From assembly GCA_002269645.1 (NCBI GenBank), contig NIVC01000965.1:43952-107951 (forward strand): a stretch of 64,000 bases of DNA, written 5' to 3'. The translations under genes were made by a program, and so were the position numbers. The notes under the pieces are model-generated. The model saw nothing but the letters and a program-made list of their open reading frames with translations. It made no database searches and was not told the origin of the DNA. Shown here piece by piece: positions 32,045 through 44,000 of this stretch; within the stretch, counting starts at the first letter, position 1; each line of letters begins with the position of its first letter. The DNA is from Macrostomum lignano (lineage: Eukaryota).

Positions 32045-35000
32045 CTGTTCGAAAAAGGGCGGACCGCAGTGCGTGAGATTTTAAAGTCTTGGAAGATCTC
32101 ACACCCTTAGTTGAGACACCCCACACCAACAGTTGAGACATCCCACACCAACAGTTGAGACATCTCACACCCCACACTTGAGACATCTCATACCCCCAGA
32201 TGAGACATCTCACAACCTTAGTTCAGACATCTCACACCCACAGACAGACATCTCACACCCACAGTTGAGACATCTCACACCCACAGTTGAGACATCTCAC
32301 ACCCACAGATAGGACATCTCACACCCTACAGTTGAGACATCTCACACCCACAGTTGAGACATCTCACACCCACAGTTGAGACATCTCACACCCACAGTTG
32401 AGACATCTCACACCCTACAGTTGAGACATCTCACAACCACAGTTGAGACATCTCACACCCACAGTTGAGACATCTCACACCCACAGTTGAGACATCTCAC
32501 AACCACAGTTGAGACATCTCACACCCACAGTTGAGACATCTCACACCCACAGTTCAGACATCTCACACTCACAGTTGAGATATCTCACACCCTCAGTTGA
32601 GACATCTCACACCCCAGATGAGACATCTCACATCCACAGTTCAGACATCTCACACCCGTATATGAGAATTTCACCTGAGAAGCCGGCCCCGGCCAGTGTG
32701 GCACCCAGCTCGGGCAGCAGCTCGGTCAGGCAGACCCTGCCAAGGTGCCGCCTGTCCTTGGCCGACCAGAGCTGCGCCACGCTGCCGGGAAAAGCGTAGC
32801 TGACTACCAGCTCGCCTCGCTCGTCAGAATCGATCAGAGCCGTCGTCTTTGTAGTCGCCTTTGAAGAATTCGCGGCCGCGGACGGTTGGCCAGCCCGTTC
32901 GGGATCGTCCAGCACCGCCAGCTGACGGACGGCCAGCGATTCGGCGAACGAGTGCACCGAGAGCCGGCCGCCGCGGTGGCCCAGCCAGAGTTCCCTGAAA
33001 TTGAGGGAATCAGTCAGGATTCGGTGTCACTACAGGGGAGACAGCGAAGTAACAGGCTAAGACACAAGGGGAGGAACCAGGGAGACACAGAGAAGCAACA
33101 GGGGAGCTAGACACAGGGAAGCAACAAGGAAGACACAGGAAAGCAACAGGGGAGACACAGGGAAGCAACAGGTGAGACACAGGGAAGCAACAAGGAAGAC
33201 ACAGGAAAGCAACAGGGGAGACACAGGAAAGCAACAAGGGAGACACAGGGAAGCAACAGGTGAGACACAGGGAAGCAACAAGGAAGACACAGGAAAGCAA
33301 CAAGGGAGACACAGGAAAGCAACAGGGGAGACACAGGAAAGCAACAGGAGAGACACAGGGAAGCAACAGGGGAGACACAGGGAAGCAACAGGGGAGACAC
33401 AGGGAAGCAACAAGGGAGACACAGGAAAGCAACAAGAGAGACACAGGGAAGCAACAGGGAAGACACAGGAAAGCAACAGGGGAGACACAGGAAAGCAACA
33501 GGGAAGACACAGGAAAGCAACAGGGAAGACACAGGAAAGCAACAGGGGAGACACAGGAAAGCAACAGGGGAGACACAGGGAAGCAACAGGGAAGACACAG
33601 GAAAGCAACAGGGGAGACACAGGAAAGCAACAGGGAAGACACAGGAAAGCAACAGGGAAGACACAGGAAAGCAACAGGGGAGACACAGGAAAGCAACAGG
33701 AGAGACACGAGGAAGCAACAGGGGAGACACAGGGAAGCAACGGGAGAGACACAGGAAAGCAACAGGGGAGACACAGGAAAGCAACAGGAGAGACACAGGG
33801 AAGCAACACGGGAGACACAGGAAAGCAACAAGGGAGACACAGGAAAGCAACAAGGGAGACACAGGAAAGCAACAGGAGAGACACAGGGAAGCAACAGGAG
33901 AGACACAGGGAAGCAACAGGAGAGACACAGGGAAGCAACAAGAGAGACACAGAAAGCAACAGGAGAGACACAGGGAAGCAACAGGAGAGACACAGGGAAG
34001 CAACAGGAGAGACACAGGGAAGCAACAGGGGAGACACAGGGAAGCAACAAGAGAGACACAGGGAAGCAACAGGGGAGACACAGGGAAGCAACAGGAGAGA
34101 CACAGGGAAGCAACATGAGACACAGGGAAGCAACAGGGGAGACACAGGGAAGCAACAGGTGAGACACAGGGAAGTGAACAGGGGAGACACGGGGAAGTGA
34201 ACAGGGGAGACACGGGGAAGCAACAGGTAGAATTTGGGAATGCAAAAAACCGGGAGAGACACCGTAGAAACCCCATAGCAACCAAGCCCCAGCTCACCCA
34301 GTATCCGGTAGGAAATGCGCCACAGTGGGCCGCAGCTCGAACGCCGGCGGTTCAACATCCGCCGCCGAAGGCGTCTGCTGCCGATAGGCCGCGCTGCCGT
34401 AGAGGCGCACCCCGCCAGAGGCTAGAAATACCAGCACGGCGGGCCGCGCTGCCAGCAGCTGCTGGAATGAATCCTGCGGCTGCTGGCCCGGCCGCAATAC
34501 GGGAATCTCGGCCACTCGCTCCCAGTTGTCGCAGTCGAACACGGCCAAGATGCCGGTGGAGAGGCCAACCCACAGTTTGGCGTGGTCAGGCTCAACGCAC
34601 ATAGCCTGAGGCCGGACGCCAAGGCCGAAGGTGTGCACCAGGCGGCAGCGGCGGACGCGGCCTCTGCGGATTTTTTGTTGCAGGCTTCTGTTTGAAGGCC
34701 CCCTACTGTACAAATGTGTGCTAAAGTTTCTATACGAACCTATTATTGAGAGCTCATGACTCCCCGCTGCTACCTTATCCGCTCCTGCCACCCTCCCGCT
34801 CCTGCCACCCTCCCCTCTCCTGCCACCCTCCCCACTCCTGATACCCTCCCCACTCCTGCCACTCTCCCCGCTCCTGCCACCCTCCCGCTCCTGCCACCCT
34901 CCCCTCTCCTGCCACCCTCCCCACTCCTGCCACACTCCCCACTCCTGCCACCCTCCCTACTCCTGCCACCCTCCCCACTCCTGCCACCCTCCCTACTCCT

Positions 35001-38000
35001 GCCACCCTCCCCACTCCTGCCACACTCCCCACTCCTGCCACCCTCCCCTCTCCTGCCACCCTCCCCACTCCTGCCACCCTCCCCACTCCTGCCACCCTCC
35101 CCACTCCTGCCACCCTCCCTACTCCTGCCACCCTCCCTACTCCTGCCACCCTCCCCACTCCTGCCACACTCCCCACTCCTGCCACCCTCCCTACTCCTGC
35201 CACCCTCCCCACTCCTGCCACCCTCCCCACTCCTGCCACCCTCCCCACTCCTGCCACCCTCCCCACTCCTGCCACCCTCCCCACTCCTGCCACCCTCCTC
35301 ACTCCTGCCACCCTCCCCACTCCTGCCACCCTCCCCACTCCTGCCACCCTCCCGCAAATCCAATCAAAGCCGGAAACGCCCTCCCGCAAGGCTCACTTAG
35401 CCAACTCGTAGGTCTCCAGCCGGGCCTGTCGCCCAGACGGCTCCAGGCTGGCCAGCCACAGAGCTGACGAGTCCGGGCCCGCCCGGCCGATGCACAGCGG
35501 CGCCGCTCGCATCGCGCACGCATCCGAAACGCGCACAAAAGCGGCGCTCTGACAGGCGGCCCGAATCTGAGCAGCCGACGGTCTCAGTCGGGAGCTCTGA
35601 GCCCAGCAAACGGCCAGCAGGTCGAGCAAAGGCACGGGAACTCCGGCCACATCAGTGTCGTACAGCAGTGGCCGGCCGCCCTTCAGAATGTAGGACACCA
35701 GATTCTGGCGGACACTTTTCGTCGCCTCGTCAATAAAAGGCGGCTTCAGAGTGATGAGCTCGTACAGCAGCATGCCGAAGCTGTAGATGTCGGCCTTCTC
35801 TGTGTAAGTCTCCTCGCCGTGAAACTCCAAGATCTCTGGAGCCATGTAAGCCAGGGTCCCAGCGTAGCCTCGGTAGCTGCCGGGGATGGGTGCTAGTCTT
35901 TATTAATTTTACGAGATCTCCTACTAAACAGTAGTAATAATAATAATAATGCTAACTGATTACACCTGCCCCAATGGCCAGATGTGTAACCGCCAGCTCA
36001 GCCGCAGCTATTGCGCGGCGCATCTGAAGGCTGCGTACGGCTGTTCAGTCCAAGGACTGGGGGGTCGCCACACACAGCCTCAATTACCCCAGCTAATGCT
36101 GGTACCCATTTTACAGCAGGGTGAACTGAAGCAACGCAGAGTTAAGTGTCTTGCTTAAGGACACAAATTGTTCCGAGTGAGTTGAGATTCGAACCCCAGA
36201 CCTTTTAGACGTGAGTCCGACGCTCTGACCACTAGGCTACAACTACTTAATAACTAACCATCGACATGCGACCAGATAATACGCTAGCTGGAAACCCAGC
36301 AGTCATGCCCAGTTCGCTGACCCTAGAGCAGCACACGCTCACACGGGGTGTACAGCGGCCCTGACTTCCTAATCATCAGGCATGTACACTCGCTGTGCCT
36401 TGGGACTTCAAATTACGTGGCTGTGCACAAAAGTCAGACACCGAGTCAACCTCTGAGCAACTCTGACCGCCACCACTGAAGCAACTCAGACACGCACCCG
36501 TCGGGCACGGTGGTCCTGCTGATGCCGTAGTCCGCCAGCGCCACCCGCAGAAGGCCTCCGTGATGATGCTCGGCCGCTGGCTGGCCGCCGCCGCCACCGA
36601 CTGCTGCCCCTTCGTTGCCGCCTCCGCTACCGCCACGATCGCCGCTGCCGCCTCCTATGCCGGCGCTGCCACCGCCAACGACGCCAGCGTCAGCAGCGTC
36701 GTTAACGTCGGTACCGACGGCGCATGGCGGCGGTAAATTCCATACTAGACAATTCTCGGCCTTCAAATCCCGATAGATGATGCACAGCGAGTGCAGGTGC
36801 GACAGGGCGTCAGCTATCTGATAAACCAGGCTGCGCAGCACCCCGACTGGAAGGCGGTAGCCCGCCTGCCTGTAGCTGGCCAGGTGTCTGCAACAAAGTC
36901 AGCGAGTGTTCCAGACTCTTCTTGTATTCTAAATTGTCTGCTACAGACAGCCTGTTGTAAGCTGTGTCAGCAACAGACAGCCTGTTGTAAGCTGTGTCAG
37001 CTACAGACAGCCTGTTGTAAACTGTGTCAGCTACAGACAGCTTGTTGTAAACTGTGTCTGCTACAGACAGTCTGTTGTAAACTGTGTCAGCTACAGACAG
37101 CCTGTTGTAAACTGTGTCAGCTACAGACAGTCTGTTGTAAACTGTGTCAGCTACAGACAGCCTGTTGTAAACTGTGTCAGCTACAGACAGCCTGTTGTAA
37201 ACTGTGTCAGCTACAGACAGCCTGTTGTAAACTGTGTCAGCTACAGACAGCCTGTTGTAAACTGTGTCAGCTACAGACAGCCTGTTGTAAACTGTGTCAG
37301 CTACAGACAGCCTGTTGTAAACTGTGTCTGCTACAGACAGTCTGTTGTAAACTGTGTCAGCTACAGACAGTCTGTTGTAAACTGCCTGTCATAAGCCCCT
37401 ACCTGTCCAGAGCACCCTGGGGCGCCAGCTCAAGCAGCAGGGAGAGCGGCTTGGGCGCCAGAACTCCATACAAATTGAGCACATTAGGATGATGCAGCCT
37501 GAGCAGTATGTGCAGCTCAGACCGGGCCTGCAGGTAGGACTTGCAGCAGCACTGCACTGCTTCCATCTCCCAGCGCCGGGCCTCCTCCTTATAGAGCCGC
37601 TGGTCCTCCTCTGAGCAGTCGGCCGTCAGCGGGTAGGGGACCAGCAGCTTCACCGCAGCGTACTGCTCGCCTTCCTTTGTCTGAGCAAGTAAAAAGGCAC
37701 GGTTTGAGATCGGATTAAAAAGAGAGAGAACCAATTTATGAAAAGCCGATTAGAGACTCACTCGAATAGAGCCGGAGAATACTGTGCCGAAATTGCCTTT
37801 ACCGATGAAGGACAGAATCTTCACCTGCTCTATTGACAGTATCTTGTCCGGATCCAAATCTTGGAACATCTGTTGATTGGTTCGACAAACACGTGGGGCT
37901 CGTGATTTTACGGGTTTAAAATAGCGTGGCGCAGAGTTTTGGGGAGCGTAAATATACTGGTGAAAATAGGGGGAATAGGGAGATGTACATTGGTGGAAAG

Positions 38001-41000
38001 GGTGGACGAGAGTGGGGGGATGTACATTGGTGCAAGGGGTTAGAACGGGCAGATGTACATTGGAGGAAGGGGTTAGAGAGGACAGATGTACATTGGTGGA
38101 AAGGGTGGACGAGAGTGGGGGATGTACATTGGTGCAAGGGGTTAGAGCGGGCAAATGTAGATTGGTGGAAGGGGCTAGAGTTGGGAGATGTACATTGGTG
38201 GAAAGGGTGGACGAGAGTGGGGGATGTACATTGGTGCAAGGGGTTAGAACGGGCAGATGTACACTGGAGGAAGGGGTTAGAGAGGACAGATGTACATTTG
38301 TGAAGGGGGTTAGAGTGGCGAAGTGTACATTGGTGGAAGTGTCATGAGTATTTAAGCAGATTTTATAGGCCAATTAGCTTGTCAAACAACTCACTAAATC
38401 AGGCGCATTGAATTCCTTTTTGTGAACGGGACACTGCAGAATCACCTGCTTCTCAAGGTAATTGTAGATAAATTCTTCGACCGCGGCACAGTAGACAACG
38501 TCACTGTAATTAGTAAAAATAATTAAGATGAAAATATTAAATATTAAAATTCAAAATCTTTAGTCAATTAGCTTAAAAAACCTCAAAAGCTAGAAGGTTT
38601 ATAAAAAAAATTAAAGGTCACCAGGTCATAATAAAAATCAAAAGTTATTAAGTCATAAGAGCCCGAAGGTCATTAGCTCATAAAAGTCATTAGCTCATAA
38701 AACATCAGAGGTCATAAGCTCATAAGAACATCAGAGGTCATAACTCATAAGGTCCTGGAACATAAGAACATCAGAACACTGGAGGCCATAACTCATAAGA
38801 ACACCAGAGGTCATAACTCATAAGAACATTAGAGGTCATAAGCTCATAAGAACACTGGAGGCCACAGCTCATAAGAACACCAGAGGTCATAAGCTCAAAA
38901 ATCATCAGAGGTCATAAGCTCATAAGAACACTGGAGGCCACAGCTCATAAGAACATCAGAGGTCATAACTCATAAGAACATCAGAGGTCAGAAGCTCATA
39001 AGAACATCAGAGATCATAAGCTCATAAGAACATCAGAGGTCATAAGCTCATAAAAACACCAGAGATCATAAGCTCATAAGAACACCAGAGGTCATAAGCT
39101 CATAAGAACACCAAAGGCAATTAGAACGTTAGAACACAATAGGAATCGGGTAATAAAAAAGCTAGATTCTACGAGGTCAATAGAACGCAAGGGGCTACGT
39201 GGTCATAAGGGCGCTAAAGGTTACGGGGTCAAAGAACACCAAATGTCACGAGGTTACGTAGCAAAAGTCGGACTCACTCTCTCGTAGACCCGGCGTCAGC
39301 GTTGACCCGGCCAATCACGGTGGGAAAGTGCTCGTTGCTAACCACATCCCAGGAGGTTTTCGGCACGCCGCGCCGGCTAACCTGCTGGGCGTACAGGCAC
39401 AGCTGACAGGGGCACAGACGGGTCACTAGGAACATTCCTTCGGCTGTCTGGTTGAACCTGGTGCCCAAGTCTGGGAACCAATCCTCCAATAGCGAGTCGA
39501 TGTGCTCCACGACCTGAGATAGCGATCGAACGGATTAGAGAAGTTATCACGATGCAAAACAACAGATGGCGAGCCGTGCAACACTTTGTCTTAAGCCTTT
39601 TAATCCTAAACCGTGTGATACATGCAGCTGACCTTAAATCTCACCTGAGTTGATAGCTGACCCTAAATCTCACCTGAGTTGATAACTGACCTTAAATCTC
39701 ACCTGAGTTGATAACTGACCTTAAATCTCACCTGAGTTGATAGCTGACCCTAAATCTCACCTGAGTTGATAACTGACCCTAAATCTCACCTGAGTTGATA
39801 ACTGACCCTAAATCTCACCTGAGTTGATAATAACTGACCCTAAATCTCACCTGTGAGTTGATAACTGACCCTAAATCTCACCTGTGAGTTGATGACTGAC
39901 CCTAAATCTCACCTGTCAGTTGATAACTGACAGGTTATCAACTGACTGTTAAAACACCCTAAATCTCACCTGTGAGTTAATAAATGACCCTAAATCTCAC
40001 CTGCCAGTTGATAACTGACCCTAAATCTCACCTGTGAGTTAAAACACCCTAAATCTCACCTGTGAGTTAATAACTGACCCTAAATCTCACCTGCCAGTTG
40101 ATAACTGACCCTAAATCTCACCTGAGTTAAAACACCCTAAATCTCACCTGTGAGTTAAAACACCCTAAATCTCACCTGTGAGTTAATAACTGACCCTAAA
40201 TCTCACCTGCCAGTTGATAACTGACCCTAAATCTCACCTATGAGTTAAAACACCCTAAATCTCACCTGTGGGATAACTGCAACAAAGATCCCATAGAATC
40301 TATGGGATTATCTATTCAGCAACAAATGATGGGCCCAGTATAAAGTGTATAAGTCGGAATCAATTAAGGTTGGCTCTCAGCGAACCTTGTTAAGCAGACC
40401 AGTGGCAGCCTGCCTGCTGCACCTCAGGTGGTAGCTGCCGATGCGAGTGCCAGGCAGACCTTCGCTCGGCTCTAATCGAATGTCGGTCAGGGGCAGTCGA
40501 ATCTCCAACAGGCTCATCTGCTCGGCCGGCGTGGCCAAATCGTGTTGGCTGCCGTCGAATAGGACTCGATAAGAGAGGGATTTGAGCAGCTCCGATTGGC
40601 TGTCGGCCGAGGAGGAGCCGCTCTGAACCTGAGGGAGTTCAGGTAGGCAATGGGAATTACTGGAAAACTGCTAGGCAGGCTAGAGTGGTTGCTTAAGCGG
40701 GCTATATTGGTTGCTAAGTTGGATATAGTGGCTACTAGGTTGGGATATGGTAGTTGCTGAAAGGCTATAGACGTTGCTAGGCGGGCTTTAGTAGTTGCTA
40801 GGCGGGTTACAGTGGTTTCTAGGCTGGCTGCAGTGGTTGCTAGGCGGGTTATAGTGGTTGCTAGGCGGGCTATAGTAGTTGCTAGGCGGGTTATAGTGGT
40901 TGCTAGGTGGGTTTTAGTGGTTGATTATTTAGTGGTTACCTTATATAGTGGTTGCTGCGCGGTTTCTAGCGGTTGCTAGACTGGTTATAGTGGTTGCTAA

Positions 41001-44000
41001 GCAGGATATGGGGCTCCTAGGCGGGATATGGTGGTTGCTAAGCAATGTGGTTAGAAAAAAACAGCGGCATACATGTAGGACCAAAAACCCGATATTAAAC
41101 TAACCTCTTTGCAGCTGAGCACTAGCACGTCGCAGGCGTAGAGTTCTACTCCGGTCTGCCAGGGCAGCCAGTAGGCTCGCTGCCGAAGCGCCTCGGGAAA
41201 GTCAGACAATCGTTCAACGCCCTGCAAATAGCTCAATCGGTACAGCCCCTTAGCCGTGTTGGCAAAGTGCCGATCTCCAATAAGCTTAGTAAGCAGCCGA
41301 GGCCAGAAGCCCGACGGGAAGTAGGTCATGATGTACAGGCGACTCAGTTGGCGGCTGATATCGGCGCTTTCGCATTTCAGACTAAATTTAGTTTTAGTGG
41401 GGCCGAGACGCAATTCGGGTTGAGTTGAAATTGGCGGCGGCTGTTGCTGTTGCGACTGCGGCAGCTTCTGAGCCGAGGCGCCTAGCCGAGAATCGATGTC
41501 ATCCAGTTTAACGTAGAACATCGTAGCCTCGGTGCCCGGCTCCTTGGGCGGAAAGGGCACGTACACCGGGGCGGAGCTCGACTGGCTGGAAGCGGCGAAG
41601 GAGGCTCCGTTTGCCCGTTGATGAGGAACAGCGACTGACGCGGAGGCGGCGGCGGCGGAGGAGGAGGAGACCAGGCTGAGCTTGGCGCGTTCCAGGCTGT
41701 GCGCTGGCACGGCGGCGTCGTCTCGCAGGGGAATCCGGCTGGCCCGGCTGCCCAGACCGCCGGCCTGCGGACTGGGGCTGACCGGCAGCAGCGAGGGAAT
41801 CAGCAGCTGGTCGTTTTCTACCTGAATTTCGTGAGTTGAGGGTTTGGAGAACCAGTGGATCGCAGTGGAGCACTCAGTATTGACAGATAGATAGAAAAAC
41901 ATTTTTGACAGCCGAAAAAGTAGAGAAAGGGGAGGGAGGTAGAAGGAGATGAGACAGAGGAAGAGGGAGAGGAGAGAGGGAGATGGAGAGGGAGATGAAA
42001 ATGGAGATGGAGATAGAGTGAGGCAGGGAGATAGAGAGGGAGACGGAGGAGACAGGGATACAGAGATGAAGACAGAGATGGAGACAGAGAGGGAGACGGA
42101 GATGGAGACAGAGGAGACGGAGAGGGAGACGGAGAGGGAGACGGAGAGGGAGACAGAGAGGGAGACGGAGAAGGAGACAGAGAGGGAGACGGAGAAGGAG
42201 ACAGAGAGGGAGACGGAGAGGGAGACGGAGAGGGAGACAGAGAGGGAGACGGAGAAGGAGACAGAGAGGGAGACGGAGAGGGAGACGGAGAGGGAGACGG
42301 AGAGGGAGACGGAGATGGAGAGGGAGACGGAGAGGGAGACGGAGAGGGAGACGGAGAGGTAGATGGAGAGGGAGACGGAGAGGGAGACGGAGAGGGAGAC
42401 GGAGAGGGAGACGGAGAGGTAGATGGAGAGGTAGATGGAGAGGGAGACGGAGAGGGAGACGGAGAGGGAGACGGAGAGGGAGACGGAGAGGGAGATGGAG
42501 AGGGAGACGGAGAGGGAGACAGAGAGGGAGACGGAGAGGGAGACGGAGAGGGAGACGGAGAGGGAGACGGAGAGGGAGACGGAGAGGGAGACGGAGAGGG
42601 AGACAGAGAGGGAGACAGAGAGGGAGACGGAGAGGGAGATGGAGAGGGAGACGGAGAGGGAGATGGAGAGGGAGACGGAGAGGGAGACGGAGTGGGAGAC
42701 GGAGAGGGAGACGGAGAGGGAGACGGAGAGGGAGACGGAGAGGGAGACGGAGAGGGAGACGGAGAGGGAGACGGAAAGAAAAATGGAACAAAAGCAAACA
42801 AAATTATAGCACAAAGACGAGATGTTGCAAATAAAAAAATGCAGACACATTTGCACTGCTTAGAAGAGTATAGAGACTATCTAAAAAGGGGAAGCAGCCT
42901 CACCAACAGAGCCAGCTCAAATTTGCCCAGCAGGCGGACAATGTAGCTCCTCATCTCCGCTGGCCGGCAGGCGCCGCTGTTGCCGTGAAAGACCCAATGC
43001 AGGTGCTCAACTGGCATCAAACCGCCACGGACCCACTTGTTATTTTCCGGCGTGGTGACCACCTGCGCTAGCAAGTCGCACAGCCATTGCGGATCAAGGA
43101 AGTAGATGTCCCGGAGACCAACATCCTGAAAGAGGGAGAATTTAGCTTTTACTGCCCAATCCACCGACTCCTTTGAGCAGGCACACAAGCGCGCGGATAC
43201 GTACGCAGTCATACCACAGGCACACACTCACACAGGAGTGTACAGCGGCCCTAACTTTATTTATCTTTAGGCATGCACGTACACTTTACTAGGAGCGGAG
43301 CCAAGCCGAGATTCCAATTTAGCCCCAAATTAATGTGACTGCACTGGGAATCGAGCCTGGGCCGCTGGCACATCAGAGCGCCGCGCTAGACCACTGAGAT
43401 ACAGCCCCTTTAGAAGAATTTGACTTTGTTATTTTGAAGGGGATCTCTGCTGACTTACAGATAGCGAGGAAGCAATTAAGTTCAAGCTGCCAGATGGTCA
43501 GCAGAGCTGCCCTATGCTAACAGTAGTAGCTGCCGATAATATTAATATAATTATGTCTTCTATGGTTGAGACAAGCCTACATGTAAATAATTAACTCAAT
43601 TTTTTGACCGGATTTTTTGCTTTGACAACAAAACTAAATCACTGAAATCCGGATAAAAATTCCGGACCAAAATTTCGGACCAAAATTCCGGAACCCAGAT
43701 CACTGAAATCCGGATAAAAATTCCGGACCAAAATTCCGGACTAAAATTCCGGAACCCAGATCACTGAAATCCGGATAAAAATTCCGGACCAAAATTCCGG
43801 ACCAAAATTCCGGAACCCAGATCAGTGAAATCCGGATCAAAATTCCGGACCAAAATTCCGGAACCCAGATCACTGAAATCCGGATCAAAATTCCGGACCA
43901 AAATTCCGGAACCCAGATCACTGAAATCCGGATCAAAATTCCGGACCGAAATTCCGGAACCCAGATCACTGAAATCCGGATCAAAATTCCGGACCGAAAT

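Noticed and set aside
33010-35400. Several 200-430 aa Cys/Pro- or Gly/Arg-rich ORFs
   Set aside because: Products of 22-bp and 18-bp intronic repeats.
41818-42946. SP-, LPLR- and ERET-repeat ORFs
   Set aside because: 12-bp repeat in an LRRK intron.
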